64,000 nt of DNA from assembly GCA_963702095.1 (NCBI GenBank), contig OY969706.1, forward strand, positions 352,001 to 416,000, in the 5' to 3' direction. Positions 28,681 through 38,670 of the stretch are shown here, piece after piece. Each line of letters starts with the position of its first letter. Position 1 is the first letter of the stretch. Source of the DNA: Candidatus Bathyarchaeota archaeon (GTDB taxonomy: Archaea > Thermoproteota > Bathyarchaeia > Bathyarchaeales > Bathycorpusculaceae). A program made the translations under genes and the position numbers. The notes under the pieces are model-generated. The model was not told where the DNA came from. It searched no databases and saw nothing but the letters and a program-made list of their open reading frames with translations.

Positions 28681-28994
28681 CTGCTGCTCTGCCGACCTCT
28701 CCCCTCCCCTATAAGCGTTGAATTGTTTTTCTCTTTTTATGTGGGTGTGGCGTTTTGCGGGGTGCCACAAGATGGCAGTTGGGGGCGTTTGTGTTTTGGG
28801 GTTGCAACGGTTTTCTTTGTCTGTTTTGGTGTGGGAAGTGCGTTTTCTTCCACATGCGGTGCATGGACGCATGTTGCGGTGGACTGCATGTGTATGTGGG
28901 GGCATGTATCGTTTGTTTTTTTAGCGAGCAGTAAGTGGCAATGACGGCGCAATGCAGTCGGGTACTGGTGGCTCATTCAGGCAGGTTAAGCCAT
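28681..28994. repeat. Dispersed structured repeat family A, copy 2
   Basis: Colinear with 11626-11932, same orientation. Confidence 0.85.
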
Positions 28995-29071
28995 ATCATG
29001 CCCCTAAACCGCCAAAAGCCAGAGCCAACCGCCGCTTTAACGAATTTGAGCACAGAAAACGGCAAGTTTCC

Positions 29072-30331
29072 CTATTTGCGTTTCTTCAACAAAACAACCA
29101 CAAAAGCAACCAAAACAACCCCAACCACCACCGAAACCAAAGCAGCCGCAGCAAAAGGAAACGACTCCAAAACATCAAAAGTCAAGGTTTCAGAAGCACC
29201 AATATTACCATACGAATCATTAGCGAAAACCCTAATGCTATGGGCCCCGCTTGAGAGTCCAGTTAGGCTGGTGTTGCCTGTTACAGTGACGTTTTGTTGT
29301 CCATCGAGGCTGTAGCCTGTCCAGTTGACGAGTTTGGCTTGGGAGATAACGTCGATTGTAAACGAAAGAGGCAGAGTTGTGTTCTGGTATGTTTGGTTGA
29401 TTGGCGATTGCATGGTTATTTGGGGCGGGGTTGTCTGCAAAGCAAAAAACGTGCTGTTGAAGGGCTCCTTAAGGGGATAATGGTCCACATTCTGTGAATC
29501 TATCAGGTATGGGGTGTCGCCGATTTTTGAGTTGTCTATCTCTGTTGCGTTGGGATATTTGTGATGGTAGTCAATCCAGTAGTTTCCGCCACCGGGAAAG
29601 CCGAGGTCCCACACGTTAGATGAGTTATAAATGCTAACCTGATCAGACCATAAAATGAATATCGCGTTCCTAATGTTGTTGTGAACTATGGTGTTGTTGG
29701 ATGCTTGGTCAAACGCCATTGTTGGACCGATTAAATCAGTTACGTCATCGATTATGGTGTTTTCGGCAACAAGATTATTCTGGGTTTTATACAAGTATAT
29801 CCCGAATTGGTTGTCTCTGAGGTTATTTCTTATAATCGTGTTTGAGTTTCCGCCTTCAACTCGGATTCCAGCATACGTTTTCCCGCCGACGCTCTGAAAT
29901 TCGTCAATTCCCCGCATGTTTTGTATTGTGTTGTTGGTTACGGTTACGTTTGATGAGTCCTTCACGAGAATTCCATTATACCCATGCGGTTCGGCGTTAT
30001 AGACCACAATTTTCATCTCAAAGTTCTCTACCGTAACATTGTAAACGGTACTTAGCAAAACTTGGCCACCCATGAACCCGTTGCCGTCAATCACACAATT
30101 GTTTTTTTCTACGGTTAATGATCCAGCAAGGTTGTTTGCTGTATTATTCAGGTCGCCTGTTAACGTATAAGTGTCACCTGTTTGTGCGATGAGGGTTGTT
30201 GGTGGGGTTATGCTGCCGTCGCTGTTTATGGTGATGTCGCCTTGGTACTGGGCATCGGCTGGCAGAAAACACGCCCCATCCAGAGCGATTAAGCCGATGA
30301 GGATCAGGACTACGATAACCTTTTTCTTCAT
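29072..30331 (-). CDS. Secreted NosD/CASH beta-helix protein with Ig-like domain and C-terminal TM anchor
   Basis: Signal peptide, N.I..N repeats, GGNYW.DY, D.YPL motif, TM plus KKRK tail. Confidence 0.8.
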   Translation of the reverse strand: MKKKVIVVLILIGLIALDGACFLPADAQYQGDITINSDGSITPPTTLIAQTGDTYTLTGDLNNTANNLAGSLTVEKNNCVIDGNGFMGGQVLLSTVYNVTVENFEMKIVVYNAEPHGYNGILVKDSSNVTVTNNTIQNMRGIDEFQSVGGKTYAGIRVEGGNSNTIIRNNLRDNQFGIYLYKTQNNLVAENTIIDDVTDLIGPTMAFDQASNNTIVHNNIRNAIFILWSDQVSIYNSSNVWDLGFPGGGNYWIDYHHKYPNATEIDNSKIGDTPYLIDSQNVDHYPLKEPFNSTFFALQTTPPQITMQSPINQTYQNTTLPLSFTIDVISQAKLVNWTGYSLDGQQNVTVTGNTSLTGLSSGAHSIRVFANDSYGNIGASETLTFDVLESFPFAAAALVSVVVGVVLVAFVVVLLKKRK

Positions 30332-30548
30332 TCTTGGGTCAATTTCTCTGAGGATCGATTTGTTATAAAGCCTTTTTCGTCAGGGTTTCTTGACTAAGAG
30401 CTGTTTTTCTTGTTTAGAGCTTAGCCTCGCTTAATGTGCAGAAAAGCGAATTAATCTGGGATGCGGTGGCTTCTCTTCGATAAAGCTTTAAATTCTGCGT
30501 AGGTCAGAGAACATGTGCAAACCAGCCTTTTGGGTTGGTTCTTTATGT

Positions 30549-30665
30549 GCCGGGGTCTCCTAGCCCGGCAGGGAGCAAGCCTGGAGATAACACTCTTCAG
30601 GGTGTGACCTGTTAGCTTGTGGCGCTTTCGGGGCCTTGGGGGTTCAAATCCCCCTCCCGGCGCCA
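30549..30665 (+). tRNA. tRNA-Ser(GGA) with 27-nt intron (30587-30613) at canonical 37/38, CCA encoded
   Basis: Acceptor GCCGGGG/TCCCGGC, G discriminator, anticodon arm CAAGC-CTGGAG^A-GCTTG, BHB-like bulges AGA and TTA, long variable arm, GGGGG-TTCAAAT-CCCCC. Confidence 0.9.
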
Positions 30666-30667
30666 TA

Positions 30668-31064
30668 TCAAATCCACATTCTTCTGGCTTCTTTTATCAA
30701 ATCAAAATGCAGATCATCAGAAATTACTCTCGCTTGGTTCCTTATTGCAGTGGCAGCAATGATGCAATCACCTATCGAGATGTCGCTGTGAATGCTTTTC
30801 AGAATGCCCGCCTCTTTTGCTAACGATGGAGTAAGCGCTTCAAGGGTCAAGCCACTTGAGGAGTGAAAGATAAACTAAGTCAGCTTTTTCCTTGCCTTCT
30901 TTTGTGTATGTTAAGCGGATTGTTTCGCTAATCGCAATTGTTGGGATTATTCCTTCCTTTGTCTCAGTGAGTTCTTCTATCTTTCTAGTTATTTTCCGTC
31001 GGGTGTTCTCGTCTTTGGTGTAGAAATATTGGATTAGGAGGCGGCTGTCTAAGACTTGTCTCAG
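30668..31064 (-). pseudogene. PIN-domain (VapC) toxin, frameshifted near 30856
   Basis: N-part (L/M)RQVLDSR..IPTIAISE ends in a premature TGA; C-part ..SIGDCIIAATA...SDD.HF is in another frame. Confidence 0.75.
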
Positions 31065-31066
31065 AG

Positions 31067-31291
31067 CTAGTATTCCTCGCGCATTTTATCGATTTCTTTT
31101 TTGAGTTCCTCGACATCGGCGTGTCCCGCAAATATTCCTGCCAGTTCGGTAAGGCGTGGGATTCGTTTGAACAGGACCCCTTCTTGGGTTGCCTCGACCA
31201 TGAGTTCGTCGCCTTCTTCTATTCCTAGTTGCTCTCGGATTTCTATAGGAATAGTGGTTTGCCCTTTTCTGGTTACTTTTACTTTTTGCAT
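31067..31291 (-). CDS. AbrB/MazE-family antitoxin
   Basis: KVTRKGQTTIP.EIRE.LGI.EGD. Confidence 0.9.
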   Translation of the reverse strand: MQKVKVTRKGQTTIPIEIREQLGIEEGDELMVEATQEGVLFKRIPRLTELAGIFAGHADVEELKKEIDKMREEY

Positions 31292-31445
31292 TCTAAGTCC
31301 TGAATTAAATAGAGAATACTACATATAAAAAAAATTTTACTGCATTCATCAATTGTGCTACTGAGAAACATAAAAATTTCGGCAACTTTTCCTATTTTAG
31401 CCCGCAAGAGTTCAAATCCCTTCCCGGCGCCAATCTCACAAATTT

Positions 31446-31883
31446 TTACCATGCTCCGTTGGTTCCACGTACCTCAAAATGCTCATCCGTGGCGATATGG
31501 TCGAATGTCATTTGGACAGAAATATGTGCACCATCGTTGGAGACAATGTAGCGGTCGGGGGTTTGTTCATAATACTTCCAGACCAAAGTGATGTTGCCCC
31601 CGAGGAGCTCAGTTGGGAAGGTTACGCGGAACATAACGGTTTTGCTGCAGGAGCCTATGAAGTCAATTGAAATGAACTTCGAACCGGTCGAGGAGTTGGA
31701 TAGGGAAACCTCGGGAGGGGAATTCCAGTTGGTGCATATGGTTACGGGGTAGGTTTTGTCTCCGACGGCGATGGGGTAGGTGTACTGTTTGGCTGCGGCT
31801 ATTTCGTACCAGAGAAGCCCCGCAGTCAATGATAGGATTATGGCAGCCGCTGCAAGGGGTATCGCTATTTTTTTCTTTTTCAT
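31446..31883 (-). CDS. Membrane-anchored hypothetical protein
   Basis: MKKKK plus hydrophobic N-terminus, beta-rich body. Confidence 0.6.
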   Translation of the reverse strand: MKKKKIAIPLAAAAIILSLTAGLLWYEIAAAKQYTYPIAVGDKTYPVTICTNWNSPPEVSLSNSSTGSKFISIDFIGSCSKTVMFRVTFPTELLGGNITLVWKYYEQTPDRYIVSNDGAHISVQMTFDHIATDEHFEVRGTNGAW

Positions 31884-31994
31884 AGCTTCCGATATGAGGA
31901 GTTACCTTTCTAAAAGGTATTTCTTATTTTGCTCATAAACGCTCACAAGCAACAGCACGGCATCAAAAAAGGGATAAAAAGCTACTTCTATGCC

Positions 31995-32399
31995 CTATTT
32001 GACGGCATAAACCTTGAAGGCATATTCGCCTGTTGCCATATTGTAGGTAGCTTCCGACCAACCCTTAGTTGCGTTTAGCCATGCCAATCTTTGTGAGGGC
32101 GTTTGATAGCTCAGGTTTCCCTCGATTTTCCCAATTGGCGTGGGATCCACAAGTTTCCCCTCTGCTTTGCCCCATGCAAAGATGGGTTCGCCGCTGCTAA
32201 AGATGATTGATTTGAGGTCCAATTCGCTTACGCCTCCGGGCTTCATGAGTATATTGTGGGTTGATAGAATTTGTCCTGCGATTTTGCCATTAATTTTCCC
32301 TGCAACAGTAATATCGAGCCTTACGCCTTGGGCGCTGAATTCTTTGACGTTAGCAGAGGTCGTGTATTCCACTCCTTCGTATAGCAATTCTTTCTCCAA
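31995..32399 (-). CDS. Hypothetical protein (beta-rich, DUF3237-like)
   Basis: 134 aa; 'YQTPSQRLAWLN' resembles the DUF3237 C-terminus; GGTGA SD. Confidence 0.55.
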   Translation of the reverse strand: MEKELLYEGVEYTTSANVKEFSAQGVRLDITVAGKINGKIAGQILSTHNILMKPGGVSELDLKSIIFSSGEPIFAWGKAEGKLVDPTPIGKIEGNLSYQTPSQRLAWLNATKGWSEATYNMATGEYAFKVYAVK

Positions 32400-32531
32400 A
32401 AATTCTCACCATAAAAAGAAACGGTTAAGCTGGCGAGTTAAGCTTTTGTGACTGCTCCCCGACTGCAACTATTCCAATAGTTTTTACGGTGTTTTTGCAT
32501 AATAGATAAATTTCTCCGTTGATGCATTACA

Positions 32532-32605
32532 GCGTGGGATGATGTGAGGCGACGGCTTCGAGCCAAAAGCTGTGAGAGCTCGTCAATCATCGCTGACCCA
32601 CATGC
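32532..32605 (+). ncRNA. Candidate C/D-box small RNA
   Basis: Terminal stem GTGGG/CCCAC directly flanks C-like ATGATGT (32539-45) and D box CTGA (32593-96); AT-rich TATA-like element about 25 nt upstream. Confidence 0.5.
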
Positions 32606-32785
32606 TTTGCAGTTTTCCTGCCTTTTTCACCCTGCATCCCCATCGGGTTTGACTGTATTGTTGCTAAAAGTTTTTATACGCGCCAGCCCAATTGGAGGAT
32701 GTCACATTAACTCATGTATCACAAAGCTGCCAAAGCTTTTAGGGAATCCATGAAGAAACATCTGTGGCAGAAGATATAGTAGAAC

Positions 32786-33940
32786 ATGCAAATTCAAACA
32801 TTTAAGGACCTCCCATTAAACCCAGAGGTCTTAAGAAGCATAAACGAACTCGGGTTTGAGAGTCTTTTTCCTATTCAAGCCCAAGCAATAACCCCTTTGC
32901 TGGAAGGCAAAGACGTCATTGGGCAAGCGCAAACCGGAACAGGCAAAACCGCTGCTTTCGGCGTGCCAATGGTCCAAAACCTAAATCGAGAGGTGCGCGG
33001 AGTTCAAGCACTAGTTTTGACTCCCACACGCGAATTAGCCAATCAAGACGCTGAAAACATCGCTAAATTCGGCAAATACGCCAAAGCGAAGGTTCTGGCT
33101 GTTTACGGAGGAGAATCCATAAACAAACAGGTACACTCACTTGCAAGCGGAGTCAACATCGTCGTCGGTACACCCGGCAGACTCATTGACCTCATGGAAC
33201 GCAGAGTGCTGAACTTGGGCTCAATACGTTTCGTCGTTTTAGACGAAGCAGACCGCATGCTAGACATGGGCTTCATCGAAGACATCGAATTCATACTCTC
33301 CAAAACTCCCCGTGACCGCCAAACCGCACTGTTCAGCGCAACCATAGACGACAACGTCATGCGCTTAGCAAACAAGTACATGAAGAACCCACAGAAAATC
33401 CTAGTCAGCAAAGACGAAATAGCACTCACCCAAATGAAACAATACTACATTGTCGTCAACCAAGGCGGCAAACTCGGTGCCCTCTGCGACTTACTCCAAG
33501 ATGACCGCGTAGAAAAAGCAATCATATTCTGCAGGACACGCCATGAAACCAGCCGCGTATCCGAACAACTCTATAAACGGGGCTTCCGCAGCCAAGTGCT
33601 CCACGCAGGCTTCACACAGGCGCAGCGCGACCGCTCAATTAACGAGTTCCGCCATGGCAGACGCAGCCTCCTGTGTGCAACCGACGTCGCCGCAAGAGGA
33701 CTCGACATCGAAGGTATCACCCACATCATCAACTATGATGTCCCAAACGATCCCCCAGTTTACTTCCACCGCATCGGCAGAACCGCACGCAAAGGCGAAG
33801 AAGGCACAGCTATTACTTTGGTCAGCTACGGGGAAATGTCCAACTTCCACAGCATCAAAGCATTAACTAAAACCAAAATCGAAGAAATCAAAGGGCAAGC
33901 AGCGGAACAACAAGATTCGCCGGTACAGAGTTTCTATTAA
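32786..33940 (+). CDS. DEAD-box RNA helicase
   Basis: Q motif, AQTGTGKT, PTRELA, DEAD, SAT, ARGLD, HRIGRT. Confidence 0.96.
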   Translation: MQIQTFKDLPLNPEVLRSINELGFESLFPIQAQAITPLLEGKDVIGQAQTGTGKTAAFGVPMVQNLNREVRGVQALVLTPTRELANQDAENIAKFGKYAKAKVLAVYGGESINKQVHSLASGVNIVVGTPGRLIDLMERRVLNLGSIRFVVLDEADRMLDMGFIEDIEFILSKTPRDRQTALFSATIDDNVMRLANKYMKNPQKILVSKDEIALTQMKQYYIVVNQGGKLGALCDLLQDDRVEKAIIFCRTRHETSRVSEQLYKRGFRSQVLHAGFTQAQRDRSINEFRHGRRSLLCATDVAARGLDIEGITHIINYDVPNDPPVYFHRIGRTARKGEEGTAITLVSYGEMSNFHSIKALTKTKIEEIKGQAAEQQDSPVQSFY

Positions 33941-34020
33941 ACTCTGTTGGCTGTTTGTTTTTCTTTTTTTACTCTTTTTTTGATTAAATATAAAAGTACA
34001 TTGCTATAGTATGGTGAGTT

Positions 34021-34953
34021 ATGAGCAAACTCGCCTCCAACATCGCGCGCGGCATTATCGGTTTCACAAACCGGAGCTTAATCAAAAACCTCATCATAAT
34101 CACTCTTTGCATACTGCTCGTGTTTTCTTTAGCGTTTTTTCCCTACCAGTACTATGTATCCGCAAAAAGCGGTAAAGCTGACTTCCAAGTGGGGATACAT
34201 TATGTTTTTGAACAGGACGAAGTGGAGCAAATCGCTGACCAAGTAGCACGTATCCACGACTTAGGTTTTAAAGTGATCCGTATAACCCTGGAGTGTGACA
34301 CTGACCCCCTTGGCTATAACTACCCCACCAACCAGAGAAACGACGCTTTCTTCACAGCTGTCCAACAATACGGAATGTCTGTGGCACTGGTGATAAAGAA
34401 TCTAGACGACACAGCAAAAGTGGATTATTACCTCAACCGCTGGGGCAGCTACCTCAAGTACATCCAAATCTTCAATGAACCCGAATTATCCTCCACTTGG
34501 TCTCTGGGCGCAATGTTTACTGATGATGAAATCTCCTCCAAATTCGGCATAATGTACAACACCGTCCAAGCGCACCACTTAAACGTGCAGTACTACACGA
34601 ATTTCGGAATCAGCTACATAATTCGGAGCAATGTTCCAATCGCGTTGGCGCCGAAACTGGATTTTGTGGGGCTGGACCTGTTCATGGATGCCTTTGTGGT
34701 TACTTCTCCCCATTTCATACAGGTTTTACAGCAAATCACTAATCGAGAAGTGGTAATTACAGAGTTTGGCATGTCAACAACGGACTATGCGGCTCAAACT
34801 GATTTTATCCTAAAAGGGCTCAATCTCTTTAAGAATATGGGGTTGCCTGGGTGCTGGCTGGTTTACTGGAACAGCGCCTATGACAGCTACGGAATACGGG
34901 ATACTCCAACAGAAACAGCAGTAGGTGAATGGATTGCAGCAAACTGTAACTAA
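34021..34953 (+). CDS. Membrane-anchored glycoside hydrolase-like TIM-barrel protein (clan GH-A-like)
   Basis: N-terminal TM; 'FNEP' acid/base and 'ITEFG' nucleophile motifs. Confidence 0.65.
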   Translation: MSKLASNIARGIIGFTNRSLIKNLIIITLCILLVFSLAFFPYQYYVSAKSGKADFQVGIHYVFEQDEVEQIADQVARIHDLGFKVIRITLECDTDPLGYNYPTNQRNDAFFTAVQQYGMSVALVIKNLDDTAKVDYYLNRWGSYLKYIQIFNEPELSSTWSLGAMFTDDEISSKFGIMYNTVQAHHLNVQYYTNFGISYIIRSNVPIALAPKLDFVGLDLFMDAFVVTSPHFIQVLQQITNREVVITEFGMSTTDYAAQTDFILKGLNLFKNMGLPGCWLVYWNSAYDSYGIRDTPTETAVGEWIAANCN

Positions 34954-34954
34954 A

Positions 34955-35350
34955 ATGCTCCAACGCATACAGAGTCTGCCGATAGTGGTGAAACTGCTAG
35001 CTGAAGGCTTGACACTGTCAATACTGATGGTTGCGCTAAAAGTGTGGTTCGATGGCCAATTGACTGGGTTTATGGTGTATATGCCACCCATCGGCTTGGT
35101 TATATATGGGGTTTTGATGTTTCTTGTTGAGCCAATCGCTCTTGGTGCAGTAAACATCGTCCTTATCAATGTGCTATTCGGCACTAGAGGCTGGCAAGTT
35201 AATTTTTGGCTAAATGGCATATTCCTGCTACTGGTCTTTACCGCAATCAATGTTGCAATGCAGACCGCAGGAAACTTGTCCTTCACATACATAGCGGTCA
35301 TTGATGTGGTGGCGCTGTCATTTCCCTTCGGCTGTCTTAGCACGGTTTAG
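34955..35350 (+). CDS. Small multi-TM membrane protein
   Basis: Hydrophobic ORF starting right after the upstream stop. Confidence 0.6.
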   Translation: MLQRIQSLPIVVKLLAEGLTLSILMVALKVWFDGQLTGFMVYMPPIGLVIYGVLMFLVEPIALGAVNIVLINVLFGTRGWQVNFWLNGIFLLLVFTAINVAMQTAGNLSFTYIAVIDVVALSFPFGCLSTV

Positions 35351-35414
35351 CAACGGCGGATGGAAAAAACCCATAAACTAGCCAAATGATATAACTGCAA
35401 ATCAACTTTTTTAT

Positions 35415-35542
35415 TTGTAGTTGTTGCAGAGAACCCCCTATACACAACAACAACCAGCCGATTGAGCGGTGCAGTGCTTTTTTGTGGCGGCGCCTGGTTT
35501 GGGTTGCAGACTGGTTGTGGAGCAAACCGCAAGCACAACAGA
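35415..35542. repeat. Dispersed intergenic repeat family B, copy 2
   Basis: See 16981-17048. Confidence 0.65.
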
Positions 35543-35655
35543 TTTTTGATCTGCTGATAAATGAAGTATGCTTTTCTAAGGATTACTAAATTCAACCGTT
35601 ATTGATTATACCATTCAGAAAGTTGATTATCGCTTGCATGAAGTATAAAAGGCAA

Positions 35656-36276
35656 TTAGTAAAAATGCCCTATAGTCCCTAATGTGCCTGTATCTGCCCA
35701 GACACTAACCAGTAAGCCTGTTGGGAAATTCGTTTTTTCAGCTAAAGTACATGTGGTATTATCTGTCAAAGGCACAGTTCTATAATTAACATAGTTGATA
35801 TCGATGAAGTGTACCTCAACATGCCATACTGGAAAACATGGAAATAGTATTGAGGAGCTAGCCGGTGAGAGGTTGGGATTTTGCGTGACCTCTCCAAGAG
35901 AGTGCCCGCCTCTGCTGCCCTCAAAATCCTGAATCTCGTTCAGGCTGGCGGTTACGGAAGTTATGGTCCTATTGTTTTCCGAGGCATATTTTTCGATAAC
36001 AGGCATTGCCAAGGCCAAAGCTTCTTCCTCAGAGATTAACGTAGGGTTGGCATCGTTGGTTTGATTTTCAGCTGTTGGAGGGAGAGTGGGCGCTGCCTCA
36101 GTGACAGTCGGCGTGGACGAGGTTTCGCCAGGTTGTATCACACCTGAAGCGTTAGAGCCAGAAAACATAAACATAACAAGCGATAAAATCGTGCATAAAA
36201 TAAGCGCTACTGCAATGAAACCATAATGATTTTTCGCGTTGCCAGCTACTTTTAGCAAGCATCTCACCGCTTTCAA
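35656..36276 (-). CDS. Membrane-anchored hypothetical protein (PepSY-like 'ISEEEA' and 'VWADTG')
   Basis: TM, Pro/Thr linker, ISEEEALALA. Confidence 0.55.
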   Translation of the reverse strand: MKAVRCLLKVAGNAKNHYGFIAVALILCTILSLVMFMFSGSNASGVIQPGETSSTPTVTEAAPTLPPTAENQTNDANPTLISEEEALALAMPVIEKYASENNRTITSVTASLNEIQDFEGSRGGHSLGEVTQNPNLSPASSSILFPCFPVWHVEVHFIDINYVNYRTVPLTDNTTCTLAEKTNFPTGLLVSVWADTGTLGTIGHFY

Positions 36277-36357
36277 AAAAGACGATGTAAACTTTTAAGC
36301 TTTGCCTGAAATGCAGTCAATATTAAAAAGGAAAAAAAGAGGTTTTGAAGTCGTCGT

Positions 36358-36630
36358 TTACATGAATTCTTTGACTGTTGTCGCTGGCATCGTGTGGGTG
36401 TTGACGACGCCGTCGATGGAGCGGATTTTTTCGCCCACAAAATGCACTGCATTGTCGTTGCTATCTGCTTCAAACCACACAGCCATGTCCCAGTCGCCGA
36501 AAAGGTTGTAGGCGCCCATGAGTTTTACGCCTTCCATCGGCGTAGAATTCATGCCCTGAACTGTGTTGAAGAAGGGCAGGGTTTTGGATGGGTTAAGTTT
36601 CACCAGAACCAGATATTTTTGGTTGTTCAT
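36358..36630 (-). CDS. Lrp/AsnC ligand-binding (GYD-like) domain protein
   Basis: LFGDWD..V and IRSIDGV..T.T; probable start ATG 36630. Confidence 0.7.
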   Translation of the reverse strand: MNNQKYLVLVKLNPSKTLPFFNTVQGMNSTPMEGVKLMGAYNLFGDWDMAVWFEADSNDNAVHFVGEKIRSIDGVVNTHTMPATTVKEFM

Positions 36631-36710
36631 GTTTTTTTCCAAAGAATCACCGATACACCTCACGCTATTTGCATGCTTAAGGGTGTGTGGTTGTGCCAAA
36701 ACAACAGCAA

Positions 36711-37019
36711 CTAAGCAAAATGCAGCACTGACAGGGCTTGTTTTATCTGTGCTTGGCAAACCCTGCACTTCTTCATGAACTCTGCCCTATTCAGGGGGCC
36801 GTTGCAGTCGCAGACAAACTGGGACTGTGCGTCAAGCCTAAAACAGCAAACTGGGCTGTCAGCGGATTCTCTAAAAGCCCCCTCTATAATGGAGAGTTGA
36901 GCCGCAATGTTATCCGCGGTTTCCCCATCAGGTTCTGTGCCCAACGCAGAGAGCGCCTCTAAGACGTAGTCTAAGCGTTTCTTTAAACTGGTCACCCTTC
37001 TCTCTTCCCAACCATCCAT
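36711..37019 (-). CDS. Hypothetical Cys-containing protein
   Basis: Probable start MDGWEE; CC, CxC and CxxC. Confidence 0.5.
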   Translation of the reverse strand: MDGWEERRVTSLKKRLDYVLEALSALGTEPDGETADNIAAQLSIIEGAFRESADSPVCCFRLDAQSQFVCDCNGPLNRAEFMKKCRVCQAQIKQALSVLHFA

Positions 37020-37234
37020 TAATATCGGTACTATAAAAAAATAGTCAACTGAACACCCTAAAAATTCAGGCAACTAACCCAAATACTCTTAAAACACTGG
37101 GTGATACGGTTACTTATCGGTTAAATATCTCAATAGATTGGGCGTTTGATACGTTTAAATAGCCGATTAAATGTTATCTTAATTGAGGAGTAACCTCCTG
37201 CTTGTTTTAGAATAATTTTTATTATCCGCTTCCA

Positions 37235-37627
37235 ATGGGGAGGGATTTTTTAGACGTGAGCCTAAACCAGAAAGAAACAGTTGACGATTTGAGGCATCAA
37301 TGGAGACAGCTCTGGCATGAACGTTTAGACGACCATGTGCGAGCGGAAGGCGTCGCTGTTCAAGATTACCGCCAACTCTTCATAGACAAAGGCACTGTCA
37401 TCCACGCTACAAGAGACTGCCAAACCCTCAACTTCAAAGAAATCCTAAAAAAACATGCGGTCTCCGAACGCTATTTTCCTCCAGATCCTCTCGTCGGTGG
37501 ATGGACAAAATTCACAAAAACACACATAACCAAAAACCTCAAGAAACCAACCCGGATAAAACCCCTTACAGAAAAAAACGTTAAGCGGCAACTTAAAAAG
37601 AACGGCAGAGGCTGGCTGCACGCTTAA
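37235..37627 (+). CDS. Hypothetical protein
   Basis: 130-aa ORF, basic C-terminus ending GRGWLH. Confidence 0.55.
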   Translation: MGRDFLDVSLNQKETVDDLRHQWRQLWHERLDDHVRAEGVAVQDYRQLFIDKGTVIHATRDCQTLNFKEILKKHAVSERYFPPDPLVGGWTKFTKTHITKNLKKPTRIKPLTEKNVKRQLKKNGRGWLHA

Positions 37628-37679
37628 CCCCAATAAACCACACCGTAGACAAGCCTAGATAACCATAGCTGGTGCCCAA

Positions 37680-38651
37680 ATGCAGCCCATTTTCACTGCC
37701 GATTTACCTTTTGTCTCCATAGTCATCTGTACCCTTAACAGGCATAAAATGCTCAGAGAATGCTTAACCTCTATCTACGCTATGACTTACCCCAAATCCC
37801 ATTTTGAAGTCATCGTTGTAGACGGCGGCTCCCACGACGGCACACACCAAATCAAAGAGGAATTCTCCCAAGTACGCTTAGCCGTTGAACCCTGCTTCGG
37901 CATAGCGTATGCACGCAATAAGGGGGCAGAACTCGCAAAGGGCACTATAATCGCCTATACAGATGATGACTGTGTTGTAGCAAAAAGCTGGCTTCTACAT
38001 CTAGTTAACGGTTTTGAACGTTCAACACAGATTATGGGGGTCGGCGGACCAGTGTTCCCCGCTTTTTCTGAGTGGCCCAAAAACATACTGGTGCACCCAG
38101 CTTTGGGCCTCTTCGACGAAGGGCAGAAACCAAAATATGTCAGCGGAATCATAACCTCCAACTCTGCTTTTAGACGAGAACTCTTCTCCAGTGCACACTT
38201 CGACGAGGGTTTAGGAGCCACCAGACGCGGACAACTGCTATTATGTGGAGAAGACGTTGAATTCTGCAATAAAATCACAGATAGCCAATACAAACTCTTC
38301 TATGAACCCAACGCCAAGGTTTACCACAGAATCCGAAGCGACCGCGTAAAAGTCACCTACATAATACGTCATGCCGTCAACAACGGGGTAAGCGTGGCTC
38401 GAATCATACAGAAATCCAAGAGCTCAAAAATCTGGATGTTCCGCTACAGCCTCGTGGGGTTGCTTAAAAGTCTGTACTGCGTCATTTTCGACCGATCCTT
38501 TTCGGCATGCTATCAAATAATCTTGTATTCTTCTGCTTCATTCATAAGCCTCGCAGGGATAGAAAATGGTTCGTTGTTCGTAACTAAAACGTTAGATGCC
38601 CTCAAACGTCCGCCACCCGCAACCAAGACTGATCAAACCATTCTGTGCTGA
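37680..38651 (+). CDS. Glycosyltransferase family 2
   Basis: SIVICT.NR, VVDGGS.D, ARN.G, TDDD, GED. Confidence 0.9.
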   Translation: MQPIFTADLPFVSIVICTLNRHKMLRECLTSIYAMTYPKSHFEVIVVDGGSHDGTHQIKEEFSQVRLAVEPCFGIAYARNKGAELAKGTIIAYTDDDCVVAKSWLLHLVNGFERSTQIMGVGGPVFPAFSEWPKNILVHPALGLFDEGQKPKYVSGIITSNSAFRRELFSSAHFDEGLGATRRGQLLLCGEDVEFCNKITDSQYKLFYEPNAKVYHRIRSDRVKVTYIIRHAVNNGVSVARIIQKSKSSKIWMFRYSLVGLLKSLYCVIFDRSFSACYQIILYSSASFISLAGIENGSLFVTKTLDALKRPPPATKTDQTILC

Positions 38652-38670
38652 GAACTTGGAGCGCCATTCA

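Larger units (their letters stand above)
30642..31432. mobile_element. Decayed tRNA-Ser-integrated mini-island (about 0.8 kb) carrying vapBC
   Basis: tRNA 3' end GTTCAAATCCCCCTCCCGGCGCCA is imperfectly duplicated as GTTCAAATCCCTTCCCGGCGCCA at 31410-31432. Confidence 0.7.

Noticed and set aside
30451-30666. 71-aa ORF MAPGGGFEPPRP
   Set aside because: Antisense shadow of tRNA-Ser.
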